A stretch of DNA of 63,498 nt, the filler included, from Octopus bimaculoides (taxonomy: Eukaryota), in assembly GCF_001194135.2 (NCBI RefSeq). It is 7 parts of 7 records of this genome, joined end to end, with 100 filler letters (N's around TTAATTAATTAA, not from the genome) between each part and the next. Parts side by side here need not be neighbours in the genome. Positions count along the whole stretch, not along the records: positions 1 to 14,243 come from NC_068981.1; 6 more parts are not named here. One strand, 5' to 3'. This document shows, piece by piece, positions 1 through 9,763 of this stretch. The position numbers and the translations under genes are program-made. Position 1 is the stretch's first letter; every line of letters starts with the position of its first letter. Under the pieces are notes generated by a model, which was given only the letters and a program-made list of their open reading frames with translations, was not told the DNA's origin and searched no databases.

Positions 1-975
1 TAACCCACACCCCACCCTTGCCTCCCCCACATCCCAACACACCACACACCACCATACCACATAACACCACATCACATCACATCACACCACCATGCACACA
101 CTAGCACTGACCACTTCCCAGCCCCACATCCACACACCTACACATACACACAAGCACACGTCAAGGTCACCAGCCCTCTTCGACATGCACATACATGCTC
201 TCTTATACACACGCACGCGCACCTTTGTTTTGGGATCACCACTACTTTATTATCTCCCCTTCTTCCTAGCTCCCCTGTGTGACCCCTCAGTCCGACATTT
301 GCCATGATAGATCGCTAGCCACTACACATTCTTTATTTTCTCTCCTTGTTTCTTTCCGTGTTCCTTTCTGTGGAAGAGCGTAGGCTTGAAATGTTAAAGA
401 CTTTTTCACTTCCCGAGCATTAAAATAAGACATCTGTTTGTTGTCTACACTACCTGTCTTCGTCTTTTGCTTCTTTTTTTTGTGAATTCTCCTTACATAT
501 ATGTGTAATATAATATATATATGAAGTTTGCTTCTCAAACATATGGATTTGGGCCCAGATCTACTTTGTGACACTTTGGGCCAACCAAAGCTTTGCAAAT
601 AGATCTNNNNNNNNNNTATATATATATATATATATATGTAATATAATATATATATGAAGTTTGCTTCTCAAACATATGGATTTGGGCCCAGATCTACTTT
701 GTGACACTTTGGGCCAACCAAAGCTTTGCAAATAGATCTGATAGAAAGAAACTGAAAGAAGCCCATCTTTGTGTGTGTGTGTGTGTGCGTGCGTATGTAC
801 GTGAGTGTGTGTTTTTCAATTACAATTTTATAGGTAAAGTAGTAAACCACAGCAACAATCATACGGAAACAATAAAACATAAACTGAAAAGCATATACAA
901 ACTCTATGCATACATTCAAAAGCACATACATAGTTCTAGTGTTTTTTTTTTGTGGAAGATAAGATAAACTTCTAC

Positions 976-1082
976 CTGCCAGACTTTGACCATTCCAAGT
1001 ATCTGGTAACAACATTGTAAAAATCAATGATTAACTCAATAGGAGATTTCCCTGGGCCAAGAAATTCAGAACCATTTGACAC
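976..1082 (-). CDS. Ankyrin-repeat protein, coding exon 3 (VSNGSEFLGPGKSPIELIIDFYNVVTRYLEWSKSG+2 nt)
   Basis: Minus strand reads (T)11CAG|GTGTCA at the acceptor and GGCAG|GTAGAA at the donor. 107 nt, open in phase 0, matching the phase-0 donor of the exon at 2664-2800. GKSPIELI resembles an ankyrin G-x-TPLH-type start. Confidence 0.8.
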
Positions 1083-1131
1083 CTGAAAAAAAAAAATTGA
1101 ATTACTATTTATCTATCTTTCAGTTTATCAA

Positions 1132-1166
<35 letters not shown>

Positions 1167-1260
1167 TATAACAGAATTTGTGTTAAGATCCAATTCCATT
1201 TGGATATTCAACCTAACTTGATAACTTAGATCAGAAAAATTTAATATTCCAATAATATGG

Positions 1261-1903
1261 ACTTCAAATCTTGGCACAAGGCCAGCAATTTCAGGAAAGT
1301 GACTAAGTTGATTACATTGACCCCAGTCCTTGACTGGTACTTATATTATCGACCCCAAAAGGATGAAAGGCAAAGTTGACCACAGTGGATAACAATTCTG
1401 CTAGCTCACCGCCTTTAATATTCCAATAACATTCAAATAATAGATTATTGATTTAATAATACATCATTAATAGCAATAATAATAGTTTTAGATTTTAGCA
1501 CAAGACCGCAATTTTAGGGGTGTGATAGTTGATAACATCAACTCCAATACTTGACTGGTACTTATTTTATCAACCCTGAAAGGATGAAAAGCAAAGCTGA
1601 CCTTGAACTCAGAATGTAAAGAGAAGGAAAAATGCTTGCTAAACATTTCATCTGACACGTCAATGATTCTGCCAGACCTCCACCTAAATAATCCTTTCTA
1701 GTGTAGGCACAAGGCTTGAAATTGTTGGGGATGGGGCTAGTTGATTACATCAACCCCAGTGCATAACTGGTTCTTATTTCATCGACCCTGAAAGGATGAA
1801 AGGGAAAGTTGACCTCAGCAGAATTTGAACTCAGAATGTATGGACAAACAAAATGCTGCTAAGCATTTCACCTGGCATACTAACAATTCTGCCAGCTCAC
1901 CAC
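1261..1903 (-). mobile_element. Three tandem copies of tRNA-derived SINE family A (approx. 1261-1413, 1493-1685, 1686-1903)
   Basis: Each matches the reverse complement of the copy at 49557-49774 (ctggtacttannttatcgacccc.aaaggatgaaaggcaaagttgacc ... gccagctcacc). Confidence 0.8.
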
Positions 1904-2243
1904 TTTTCTCCACCTAAATAATAATAACAATAATACAGTTCTATATTTAAGAGATGAGGAATTATGTACATTATTTACATTTGACAGATATCTGTTCTCA
2001 TCTTGTTTGTTGTTAATACAACATTTTGGCTGATATACCCTCCAGTTTGCTTAGGAGGTTGTTGTGCACCAGCATATGTGCAGCTTCTTTTAGTTTTCAT
2101 ATTTTCCAGTGGTGTTCTCTGTCTATTATTTTAACTTCATCTCACAGGGGAGGTGCAGATATGAATAGCATATGGGAACCGGTATTAAGGAAAGATAGGA
2201 AAATATTAGATTTAGAAGCCCTAAAATTCACTCCATAATTGCC

Positions 2244-2320
2244 CACAGGCATAAGGTGTAGTGGTTAAGAGCACAAGCTACTAACCCCCAGATTCTGAGT
2301 TCGATTCCAAGCAGTGACCT
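2244..2320 (+). promoter_or_regulatory. tRNA-like Pol III internal promoter (A/B boxes) inside the PLE terminal region
   Basis: aggtgtagtggttaagagc (A-box-like) ... ctactaa ... gagttcgattcc (B-box GTTCGATTC) at tRNA-like spacing. The acceptor stem is not intact, so it is not a tRNA gene. Confidence 0.65.
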
Positions 2321-2382
2321 GAATAATAATAATTAATAATAACATTGAAAAATACGTTAGGAATGAGAACACAGGTTCTCAA

Positions 2383-2428
2383 GACACCTAATGAAGGCTG
2401 GAGGGTATATCAGCTGAAACATTTTGTT
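2383..2428 (+). ncRNA. Degenerate minimal hammerhead ribozyme motif (PLE type)
   Basis: gacac-CTAATGA-aggctg-gagggtatat-cagct-GAAAC-att. One core change (CUGAUGA to CUAAUGA); stem II gctg/cagc is retained. Confidence 0.55.
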
Positions 2429-2495
2429 AGCAAACAAGATGAGGACAAATATCTGTCAAATATAAATAATGTAAGTAACAATAATAATCTTTTTT

Positions 2496-2634
2496 ACTGG
2501 TACTTAATTTATCGACCCCAAAAGGATGAAATGCAAAGTCGACTTCAGTGGAATTTGAACTCAGAACATAAAAACAGATGATATGCCACTTAGTATTTTG
2601 CTCGGTGTGCTAACGATTCTGCCAGCTCACCACC
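2496..2634 (-). mobile_element. SINE family A copy
   Basis: ggtacttaatttatcgacccc ... ggaatttgaactcagaac ... gctaacgattctgccagctcaccacc, reverse complement of the family A head and core. Confidence 0.85.
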
Positions 2635-2663
2635 TTAAATTTGTATATTTTTTTTTGTTTTAC

Positions 2664-2800
2664 CTTAGGAACTCTATGATTAACATTTGCTCCTCGCTCT
2701 ATGCACAATTTCGCCAGGAATAGATTACGTGGTTTGACATTCAATTCTTCTTCATCATGACCACAAAGGACTATATACAAAGGTGTCCTTTGGTAACAAC
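2664..2800 (-). CDS. Ankyrin-repeat protein, coding exon 2 ((G)CYQRTPLYIVLCGHDEEELNVKPRNLFLAKLCIERGANVNHRVPK)
   Basis: Acceptor ttcattgcag|GT and donor CCTAAG|GTAAAA. 137 nt, phase 1 in and phase 0 out. TPLY...LAKLCIERGANVN is a clear ankyrin repeat signature with an insertion. Confidence 0.88.
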
Positions 2801-2883
2801 CTGCAATGAAAGTTGAATTAACATAAAGAAACACATTCCTCAAACACTTTAAAAATAATATCCATATATGTGCCTGCATATAT

Positions 2884-2924
<41 letters not shown>

Positions 2925-3231
2925 GGTGTGTGTATGTATATATAAATATATAGAGAGAGGGGGAAAGAGAGAGAGTATGAGATAGTTACCCTGTCGTCAT
3001 AGCCTTGCCCATGCCACAATCATCTCTTGTCATGTCTCAAACATGCTGTACTGCTTCTCCGTACATCAAACATTTTTAGCAACACCACCAAGATGTCAGT
3101 ACACTACCCGCAACATCATTGATACCAACCAATACACCCATTAAGTTCCGATTCATCTTATTGTTTTCTTTCTGTCATACATCTTTAAAAAAGACTGTCA
3201 GCATCAAATGTCTGAAATTGGTCCGTTTTGA

Positions 3232-3395
3232 GTTACTCTTTTACTTGTTTCAGTCATTTGACTGCGGCCATGCTGGAGCACCACCTTTAGTTGAGCAAAT
3301 CGACCCCAGGACTTATTCTTTGTAAGCCTAGTATTTATTCTATCGGTCTCTTTTTGCCGAACCGCTAAGTTACGGGGACGTAAACACACCAGCAT
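3232..3395 (-). mobile_element. SINE family B, 3' half
   Basis: ttacttgtttcagtcatttgactgcggccatgctggagcacc...gacttattctttgtaagcctagt matches the full copy at 41303-41707. Further B fragments lie at about 3452-3600(+), 3862-4000(-), 6720-6890(-), 7846-8000(-), 12765-13080(-) and 13715-13975(-). Confidence 0.85.
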
Positions 3396-4221
3396 GGTGG
3401 ATGATGGAAATGGTGGAAAATAAGGATGATGATATATATAGGCACAAGTATGGCTATGCGGCTTGCTTCCCAACCATGGAGTCTTGGGTTCACTTCTACC
3501 ACACAACACCATGGGCAACAATCTTCTACTGATAGCCCCAGGTCAACCAAATCTTTGTAACCAGATTTGCAACATGGAAACCGAAAGAACTCTGTCATAT
3601 ATGTATATACATATATACATGTGTGTGTGTGTGTATGAGTGAGTATAAATGTATGTATGTAGATGTATGCATGTGTGTGTATATGTGAATAAACATCATC
3701 ATTGTCATACAAGTGAGGCTGTTCACTTCCAGACTTCTGCAAAAAACATATCTGACCATGGGGAAATATTACCTTGTTGGTGACAGCAAGGAAATCTGGC
3801 TTTAGAATAAATGCCTCATATATACATATATACGAATGTCTACACACATACATATATATATGACAGGCTTCTTTCAGTTTCCATCTACCAGATCCAATCA
3901 AAAGGCTTTGGTCAACCCACGACACTTGGCCAAGGTGCCACACAGTGAGACTGAACCCAGAACTATATGGTTTCAAAGCAAAATTCTTACTACACAGCCA
4001 TGCCTATGCCTGTATATNNNNNNNNNNNNNNNNNNNNNNNNNNNNNNNNNNNNNNNNNNNNNNNNNNNNNNNNNNNNNNNNNNNNNNNNNNNNNNNNNNN
4101 NNNNNNNNNNNNNNNNNNNNNNNNNNNNNNNNNNNNNNNNNNNNNNNNNNNNNNNNNNNNNNNNNNNNNNNNNNNNNNNNNNNNNNNNNNNNNNNNNNNN
4201 NNNNNNNNTATATATATATAT

Positions 4222-4335
4222 CATCATCATCATCATCATCATCGTTTAACGTCCGCTTTCCATGCTAGCATGGGTTGGACAATTTGACTGAGGACTGGCA
4301 AGCCAGAAGGCTGCACCAACCTTCTTTGTTGCCAG
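4222..4335 (-). mobile_element. RTE-type LINE/SINE 3' end (family C) with (GAT)n tail
   Basis: (tca)n-tcgtttaacgtccgctttccatgctagcatgggttggac is also found at 12289 and 14028. The longer copies carry the RTE-like 3' motif GGAAGGGCATCCAGC on the minus strand. Confidence 0.7.
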
Positions 4336-4346
4336 TCCTCAGTCAA

Positions 4347-4385
<39 letters not shown>

Positions 4386-4905
4386 TATATATATATACAT
4401 ATAGACATACATGCATACATATATGAGTGTATATGTATGTATATATAAATATATATATTATATATATACTTAAATATATTATTTTCATTTACTCTGTTTC
4501 TTATTATTGCTCTGTACTCAACTGAGTCTTTTTCTGAAGCATATGTACCAGGCTATTAATACCACTATGCCTAAGTGAAATACTAACATATATATATATA
4601 TATACAGTACAGACATGTGTGAGTTTCTGTCTCAAGATGTTTGTAGTCCAAGGATATTTAATACAACATTCTTTAAATATATGTCATGCTTTTTAAAGCT
4701 ATGTACAAAAAATTATACTTTTATTGTATAGATCATAATATCTGTTCTAAATATATACTAATAAACTTAACCTACAACATTTTTAAACTATAGACTATTT
4801 CTTCAATAGGAAATATTTATGTTTATGGACTCGATTTTAGTTGTTGGTGTTGTTATAACCTTTTTATTTTTTATTTTTTAGCTACAAGAAATTAATCTTT
4901 CCTAC

Positions 4906-5040
4906 CTTCATCCAAGTAAGATGGGTTTGCAGTTTCCCTGATAATTCTTTCAGCTGAAATGTAGTCATTCTTTTCAAGATATTGAGTAAGAAGTGTTTCA
5001 TTAATTCCAAATTCTACATGAAATCCACCTCTTGCCATTG
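4906..5040 (-). CDS. Ankyrin-repeat protein, coding exon 1 (MARGGFHVEFGINETLLTQYLEKNDYISAERIIRETANPSYLDE+G)
   Basis: Acceptor tttttctgtctag|CAATGG and donor GATGAAG|GTAGGA. 135 nt, open. The phase-1 end joins the next exon to give GGT (Gly). The ATG at 5038-5036 may be the start codon. Confidence 0.8.
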
Positions 5041-5157
5041 CTAGACAGAAAAATAAAAAGTAGAAGATAGTTCAGTGATACAAGTATGCAAAATGAATAA
5101 AACAAGCAACACTGTTGTTATCATTGTTTTATTATTATTATTATTGTTACTACTACT

Positions 5158-5191
<34 letters not shown>

Positions 5192-5214
5192 TAATTATTA
5201 TCATTATTATTTAC

Positions 5215-5256
5215 CGTGTTGTTGCTTTGTCTTATATGAGCTGCTGTCCGAAGTCT
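5215..5256 (-). other. Candidate upstream exon (5' UTR or coding TSDSSSYKTKQQH) of the ankyrin gene
   Basis: Donor ACACG|GTAAAT. Acceptors are weak (aaaag at 5257 or tgaag at 5267). The 42-nt version keeps the frame with the exon at 5040. Confidence 0.3.
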
Positions 5257-6334
5257 CTTTTAGAAACTTCAAGTAACAGCAAGTTGGATGTTTTAATATA
5301 GGTATTATTTATGATCAGCACTGATATATTATAGGGAAAGGAAGAAAGGAGACCAGATTTTGAGAAGTAAGACTGATAAATTTGTAATATTTCAATTTTG
5401 AAAGAGTTTTTAAGAGATTTAGGTATTTTCAAATCAACAATGTTTTTTTCATCTTCATTGTCTTCTTCTTATCATTAATAATAATAATAATAAAAATAAT
5501 AACTTTATGAAATATTTATAATTATTATTATTTGTTTATAGTATAACTTACTAGACCAAGAAACACAGAATGTTTACTATTACTACCTACTATACAATGG
5601 ACACTCCCTGCTCTCATTTTTTTTTTTTTTACAACTTGGTAACTGGACAAAAAGATTATTCTTTCTTAGTCCTTTTCTTTTCTTTGTTCCGCTACTACAC
5701 ACTGCTGCCTGATCACACTTGTTGCCAGGTGCGAAGCTCTTTATTCTAGAGTTACCTAAATATTGAAACTGCTGTACTTCGGATTATAAACAATAAACAA
5801 TGCTAACATTAAGTTACAGCTGAAACTGTGTCATGGTTGAATGATAACTTCTGACAGATTTTGTAGATAAATATTCATTTACTTTTTGGTATTAAATCAT
5901 ACTGAAAGGTATTGATAGAGCTACAGAGGTGAGTTTCAATCTCAGGTACCAATGAGTCAGTCATAAATGATGTAATTGCTTGGTGGAAAAATTTAGAAGA
6001 TAACAAGAAATGGTGTCACTACTCCTGAGTGGACACCTGACGACCAAACAATTAGAGAAAGAACAAGAAAAATTATAATAATAAAAGCAACATCTAGATA
6101 TGTAGCAGGCAAAGAAAAGGTGCAGCATTGAATGAATGAGCTTAAATATAACCAAGGCAATGACTCAAAATAAGCTGTAGTGAATCATCATCGTTGTACT
6201 AAAGTCTGCTTTTCCATGCTTGCATGGGTCAGACAGAATTTATTGAGGCAGATTTTCTATGACCAGATGATCAGATGTCCTTTCTATTACTAATCCTCAC
6301 GTTTCCAAGCATGGTAATATTTCCTCATAACTAA

Positions 6335-6555
6335 GGTGGTGAGCTGGTAGAATCGTTAGCACACTGGGAACCAAAATGCTTAGCAGCGCTTCGTCTGTCT
6401 TCAAGTTCTGAGTTCAAATTCTGGCCAAGGTTGAGTTTACTGTTCATCCTTTCGCGATTGATAAAAGAAGTACTAACTGAACACTGGAATCAATATAATC
6501 GATTCCCTCACCCCAGCCCAGCCCCTGCCTTGTGCCAAAATTTGAAATCAATATT
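6335..6555 (+). mobile_element. SINE family A copy
   Basis: ggtggtgagctggtagaatcgttagc ... gttctgagttcaaatt ... ccttgtgccaaaatttgaaatcaat. Confidence 0.85.
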
Positions 6556-6980
6556 ATCCCATGGCTGACATATGTTTTATGGAAAACTGGAAATGAACAG
6601 CATCACTTATAGGATAGTGACACTTACCGACAACCATCATGTGAAGTCAAAGCATAGATACATGCACAAACACGCACACACACAGACACACACACACACA
6701 CACAAACACACACGCACACATGATGAGTTTCTTTAAGTTTTCTACCTAGCAATCTACACACAAGGTGTTGGTCAGCCTGGGGCTATAGAAAGAAGACAAT
6801 TGCTCAAGGTGCATGCAGTAGGACTGAAAGAAAGCTTCTTTAAGAAAGAAAGCTTCTTTTAAGAAAGAAAGCTTCTTTACCATACAGCCACATCCATATC
6901 TATGAATATGATAAATATTTATGTAAATTTTGACATGAAGAGGATTAAACCAAGAGAGAGAAAAAAAGACAGACAGAAAA

Positions 6981-7085
6981 GTGTGTGTGTAACTGTGTGT
7001 GTGTAACTGTGTGTGTGTAACTGTGTGTGTGTAACTGTGTGTGTGTAACTGTGTGTGTGTAACTGTGTGTGTGTAACTGTGTGTG
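6981..7085. repeat. 14-bp tandem repeat (AACTGTGTGTGTGT)x~7
   Basis: AAC recurs at 6991, 7005, 7019, 7033, 7047, 7061 and 7075. Confidence 0.95.
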
Positions 7086-7206
7086 ATACGTCAACTAAAA
7101 TCTAAAGATACATACACACATATAGACAGACAGTTATACATACATACATACACACCTGAATTTACAAAGCTATTTGAAGTGGAGGCTTCCCTTTCTACAC
7201 ATGCAC

Positions 7207-7242
<36 letters not shown>

Positions 7243-8006
7243 NNNNNNNNNNNNNNNNNNNNNNNNNNNNNNNNNNNNNNNNNNNNNNNNNNNNNNNNNN
7301 NNNNNNNNNNNNNNNNNNNNNNNNNNNNNNNNNNNNNNNNNNNNNNNNNNNNNNNNNNNNNNNNNNNNNNNNNNNNNNNNNNNNNNNNNNNNNNNNNNNN
7401 NNNNNNNNNNNNNNNNNNNNNNNNNNNNNNNNNNNNNNNNNNNNNNNNNNNNNNNNNNNNNNNNNNNNNNNNNNNNNNNNNNNNNNNNNNNNNNNNNNNN
7501 NNNNNNNNNNNNNNNNNNNNNNNNNNNNNNNNNNNNNNNNNNNNNNNNNNNNNNNNNNNNNNNNNNNNNNNNNNNNNNNNNNNNNNNNNNNNNNNNNNNN
7601 NNNNNNNNNNNNNNNNNNNNNNNNNNNNNNNNNNNNNNNNNNNNNNNNNNNNNNNNNNNNNNNNNNNNNNNNNNNNNNNNNNNNNNNNNNNNNNNNNNNN
7701 NNNNNNNNNNNNNNNNNNNNNNNNNNNNNNNNNNNNNNNNNNNNNNNNNNNNNNNNNNNNNNNNNNNNNNNNNNNNNNNNNNNNNNNNNNNNNNNNNNNN
7801 NNNNNNNNNNNNNNNNNNNNNNNNNNNNNNNNNNNATATATTCCTTTATTCTTTTATTTGCTTCAGTCATTTGTCCCCAACCATGCTGGAGCACCATCTT
7901 TAATCAAACAAATCGACCCCAGGACTTATTCTTTGAAAGCCTAGTACTTATTCTATCGTTCTCTTTTGCTGAACCACTAAGTTACAGGGATGTAAACACA
8001 ACCCCG

Positions 8007-8062
8007 TAACAAAACTGTCTGATGAACGGGAACATGAAACTCCGAGTAACAGTTTTTTGTTA
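8007..8062 (+). ncRNA. Type I minimal hammerhead ribozyme with intact catalytic core
   Basis: Stem I taacaaaactgt(8007-8018)/acagtttt-tt-gtta(8049-8062); CTGATGA 8019-8025; stem II ACG-GGAA-CAT; GAAA 8036-8039; stem III CTC-C-GAG; GTA cleavage triplet 8046-8048. Confidence 0.8.
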
Positions 8063-8167
8063 TATTTCTGCTGCTTTTAAATAAAGAATATTACTCTACC
8101 TCTGGTATTTGGGTACTCTTTTTTCCACCTTGTTGCACATTTATGTGCTTACTCCGGTATATATATA

Positions 8168-9763
8168 TAAGGCAATGAAGGACCTGCAGATTTTACCTGC
8201 AAAGCAAATGTTGGCATAGGGAAGACGGCAAAAACTGCCGATCTGCTCACCCGAGACCCTCCCAAAACTACAGCGGCCTTAAGGAGAAAAACTTCCCTGA
8301 GGAAAGACAACAATCATCTCCAAAGAAAAAATATACAAAAGAAGTGCACTCTTCAGAGGTTATGTTCAAGGCAGCAGCTGAGCAAGAGTCTTTTTTGTTC
8401 ATGGCACAAAGGATTGTGCAGCAGCTGACCTGGCTACACTAAGCACAAACAAGGAACCTTACCACCACAGTCAACAGACACAGGATGGCCTCCCCTAATA
8501 CCTGCACAGTTGTCACACTAATATTTTTATTAAATATTGGGGGCCTGTTGTATCACAATAAAATTTCTTTCCTGAGAGACCTTGCTGCATGCAATCAAGC
8601 CCTATGCATAGTACTTGTGGAAACTCACCTCAGCCCTGATATAGAGGATGCAAAAGTACACATACCAAAATATGCCATACTGCGAACAGACAGAAGGGAA
8701 AAGAGCCATGGTGAAGCTGCTGTATACATCCCTGATGACCTCACACACCAGGTCTTACTGTCATACTCAAATTCAGTATGTGACACTTTAACTGTATACA
8801 TAAGACAACACAATATAGTCATATGCAATACATATTGCCCACTGAATGCTCCAAACCACATAGGCAAGTTTGAAGATTGCCTCACAAGAATTAAAGGAAT
8901 CCTCATGAAACTGGAACACCAAGTGAGCACATTTCTTATGGGTGATTTCAACTTCCCCGACGTTAAATGGCCCAAAGGCCTCATGCTCTCATCAATGACT
9001 CATTGCAAACAAGCACATGTGGAGTCCCTACTCAACCTCATCATTGTCCTATTCATGGAGCAAGTTGTACTCAGACCAACTAGGGCGAATAGCATTTTGG
9101 ATCTCTGCTTCATGAACAATATGGACATTATGCAGGATATGAAAGTGACGCCAACATTAGTCTCGGATCACAACATAACAGAGCTGACTATGTTTAGGCC
9201 GAAAGTAGCCAGAGACATACAGCCTAGAGGAAGCACCTGAAATCTTTTCCATCTGAACTTCCAAAAAGCAGACTAGAAATCAGTCCAAAAAGAGATCCTC
9301 AGACAGGACTGGCCAAAATGTCTCTCCACACCAGACATTGGCATGAGACTAGAATATTTCATGTCTGTTGTGCAAGCCATATGCCAGAAATATGTCCCAG
9401 AGCACAAGGCCAAAACAAATAGAAACAAGATTCCAAGGAAGAGGAAGATCCTCATGAAACGACAGATGAAGGTTTCAAATTGACTCAACCAACATCCCAA
9501 AAGTAGAGAAAGATCCCGCCTAAAAACAACACTGGTGGAGATTGAAAAGAGTCTACAACAATTTTACGTGAGGAGAGAGCAGACAAAAAAGCCTGGATTA
9601 TAAAAAACATTAAGTCAAACACAAAAGCCTTCTTTCATTACGCGAAAGAAACAGCCTCAGTATGCTGCAAGATAGGACACCTCTTTGAAAAGGATGGCTC
9701 CCTCACAGATAGTCCAACCAGGATCAGTGAGGTACTAAATTACCAGTTCAAGCATAGATCTCA
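8168..9763 (+). mobile_element. CR1-like LINE fragment: APE endonuclease and linker of ORF2, truncated before RT
   Basis: ORF 8485-9240 has the EEP motifs VETHL, MGDFNFPDVKW, PTRANSILDL and SDHN. Downstream frames give IKNIKSNTKAFFHYAK...DGSLTDSPTRISEVLN, a typical CR1 linker, with stops and frameshifts. Confidence 0.88.

Larger units (their letters stand above)
1934..2473 (+). mobile_element. Penelope-like element 3' end with an inverted segment, tRNA-like sequence and degenerate hammerhead
   Basis: About 90-bp inverted arms (1955-2045 vs 2398-2473). Minus strand 2050-2150 encodes PL*DEVKIIDREHHWKI*KLKEAAHMLVHNNLLSK (PLE GIY-YIG C-terminal type). Plus strand 2153-2238 continues ADMNSIWEPVLRKDRK. 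Confidence 0.7.

Noticed and set aside
433-500. Possible fourth ankyrin-gene exon (donor GACAG|GTAGTG near 453, minus strand)
   Set aside because: No pyrimidine-rich acceptor, and the protein-like frame does not match the required phase 2.
498-744. About 108-bp direct duplication around a 10-N gap
   Set aside because: Identical sequence on both sides of a minimal gap indicates unmerged contig overlap. The same pattern occurs at 19120-19230 and 31120-31229.
2244-2320. tRNA gene
   Set aside because: Acceptor stem is not intact and it is embedded in a repeat; treated as a tRNA-derived promoter.
2990-3222. AG/GT-bounded segment on the minus strand between ankyrin exons
   Set aside because: Stops in all three frames.
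5990-6125. Protein-like plus-strand frame KITRNGVTTPEWTPDDQTIRERTRK
   Set aside because: Weak splice sites, no recognisable family, and opposite strand to the host gene.
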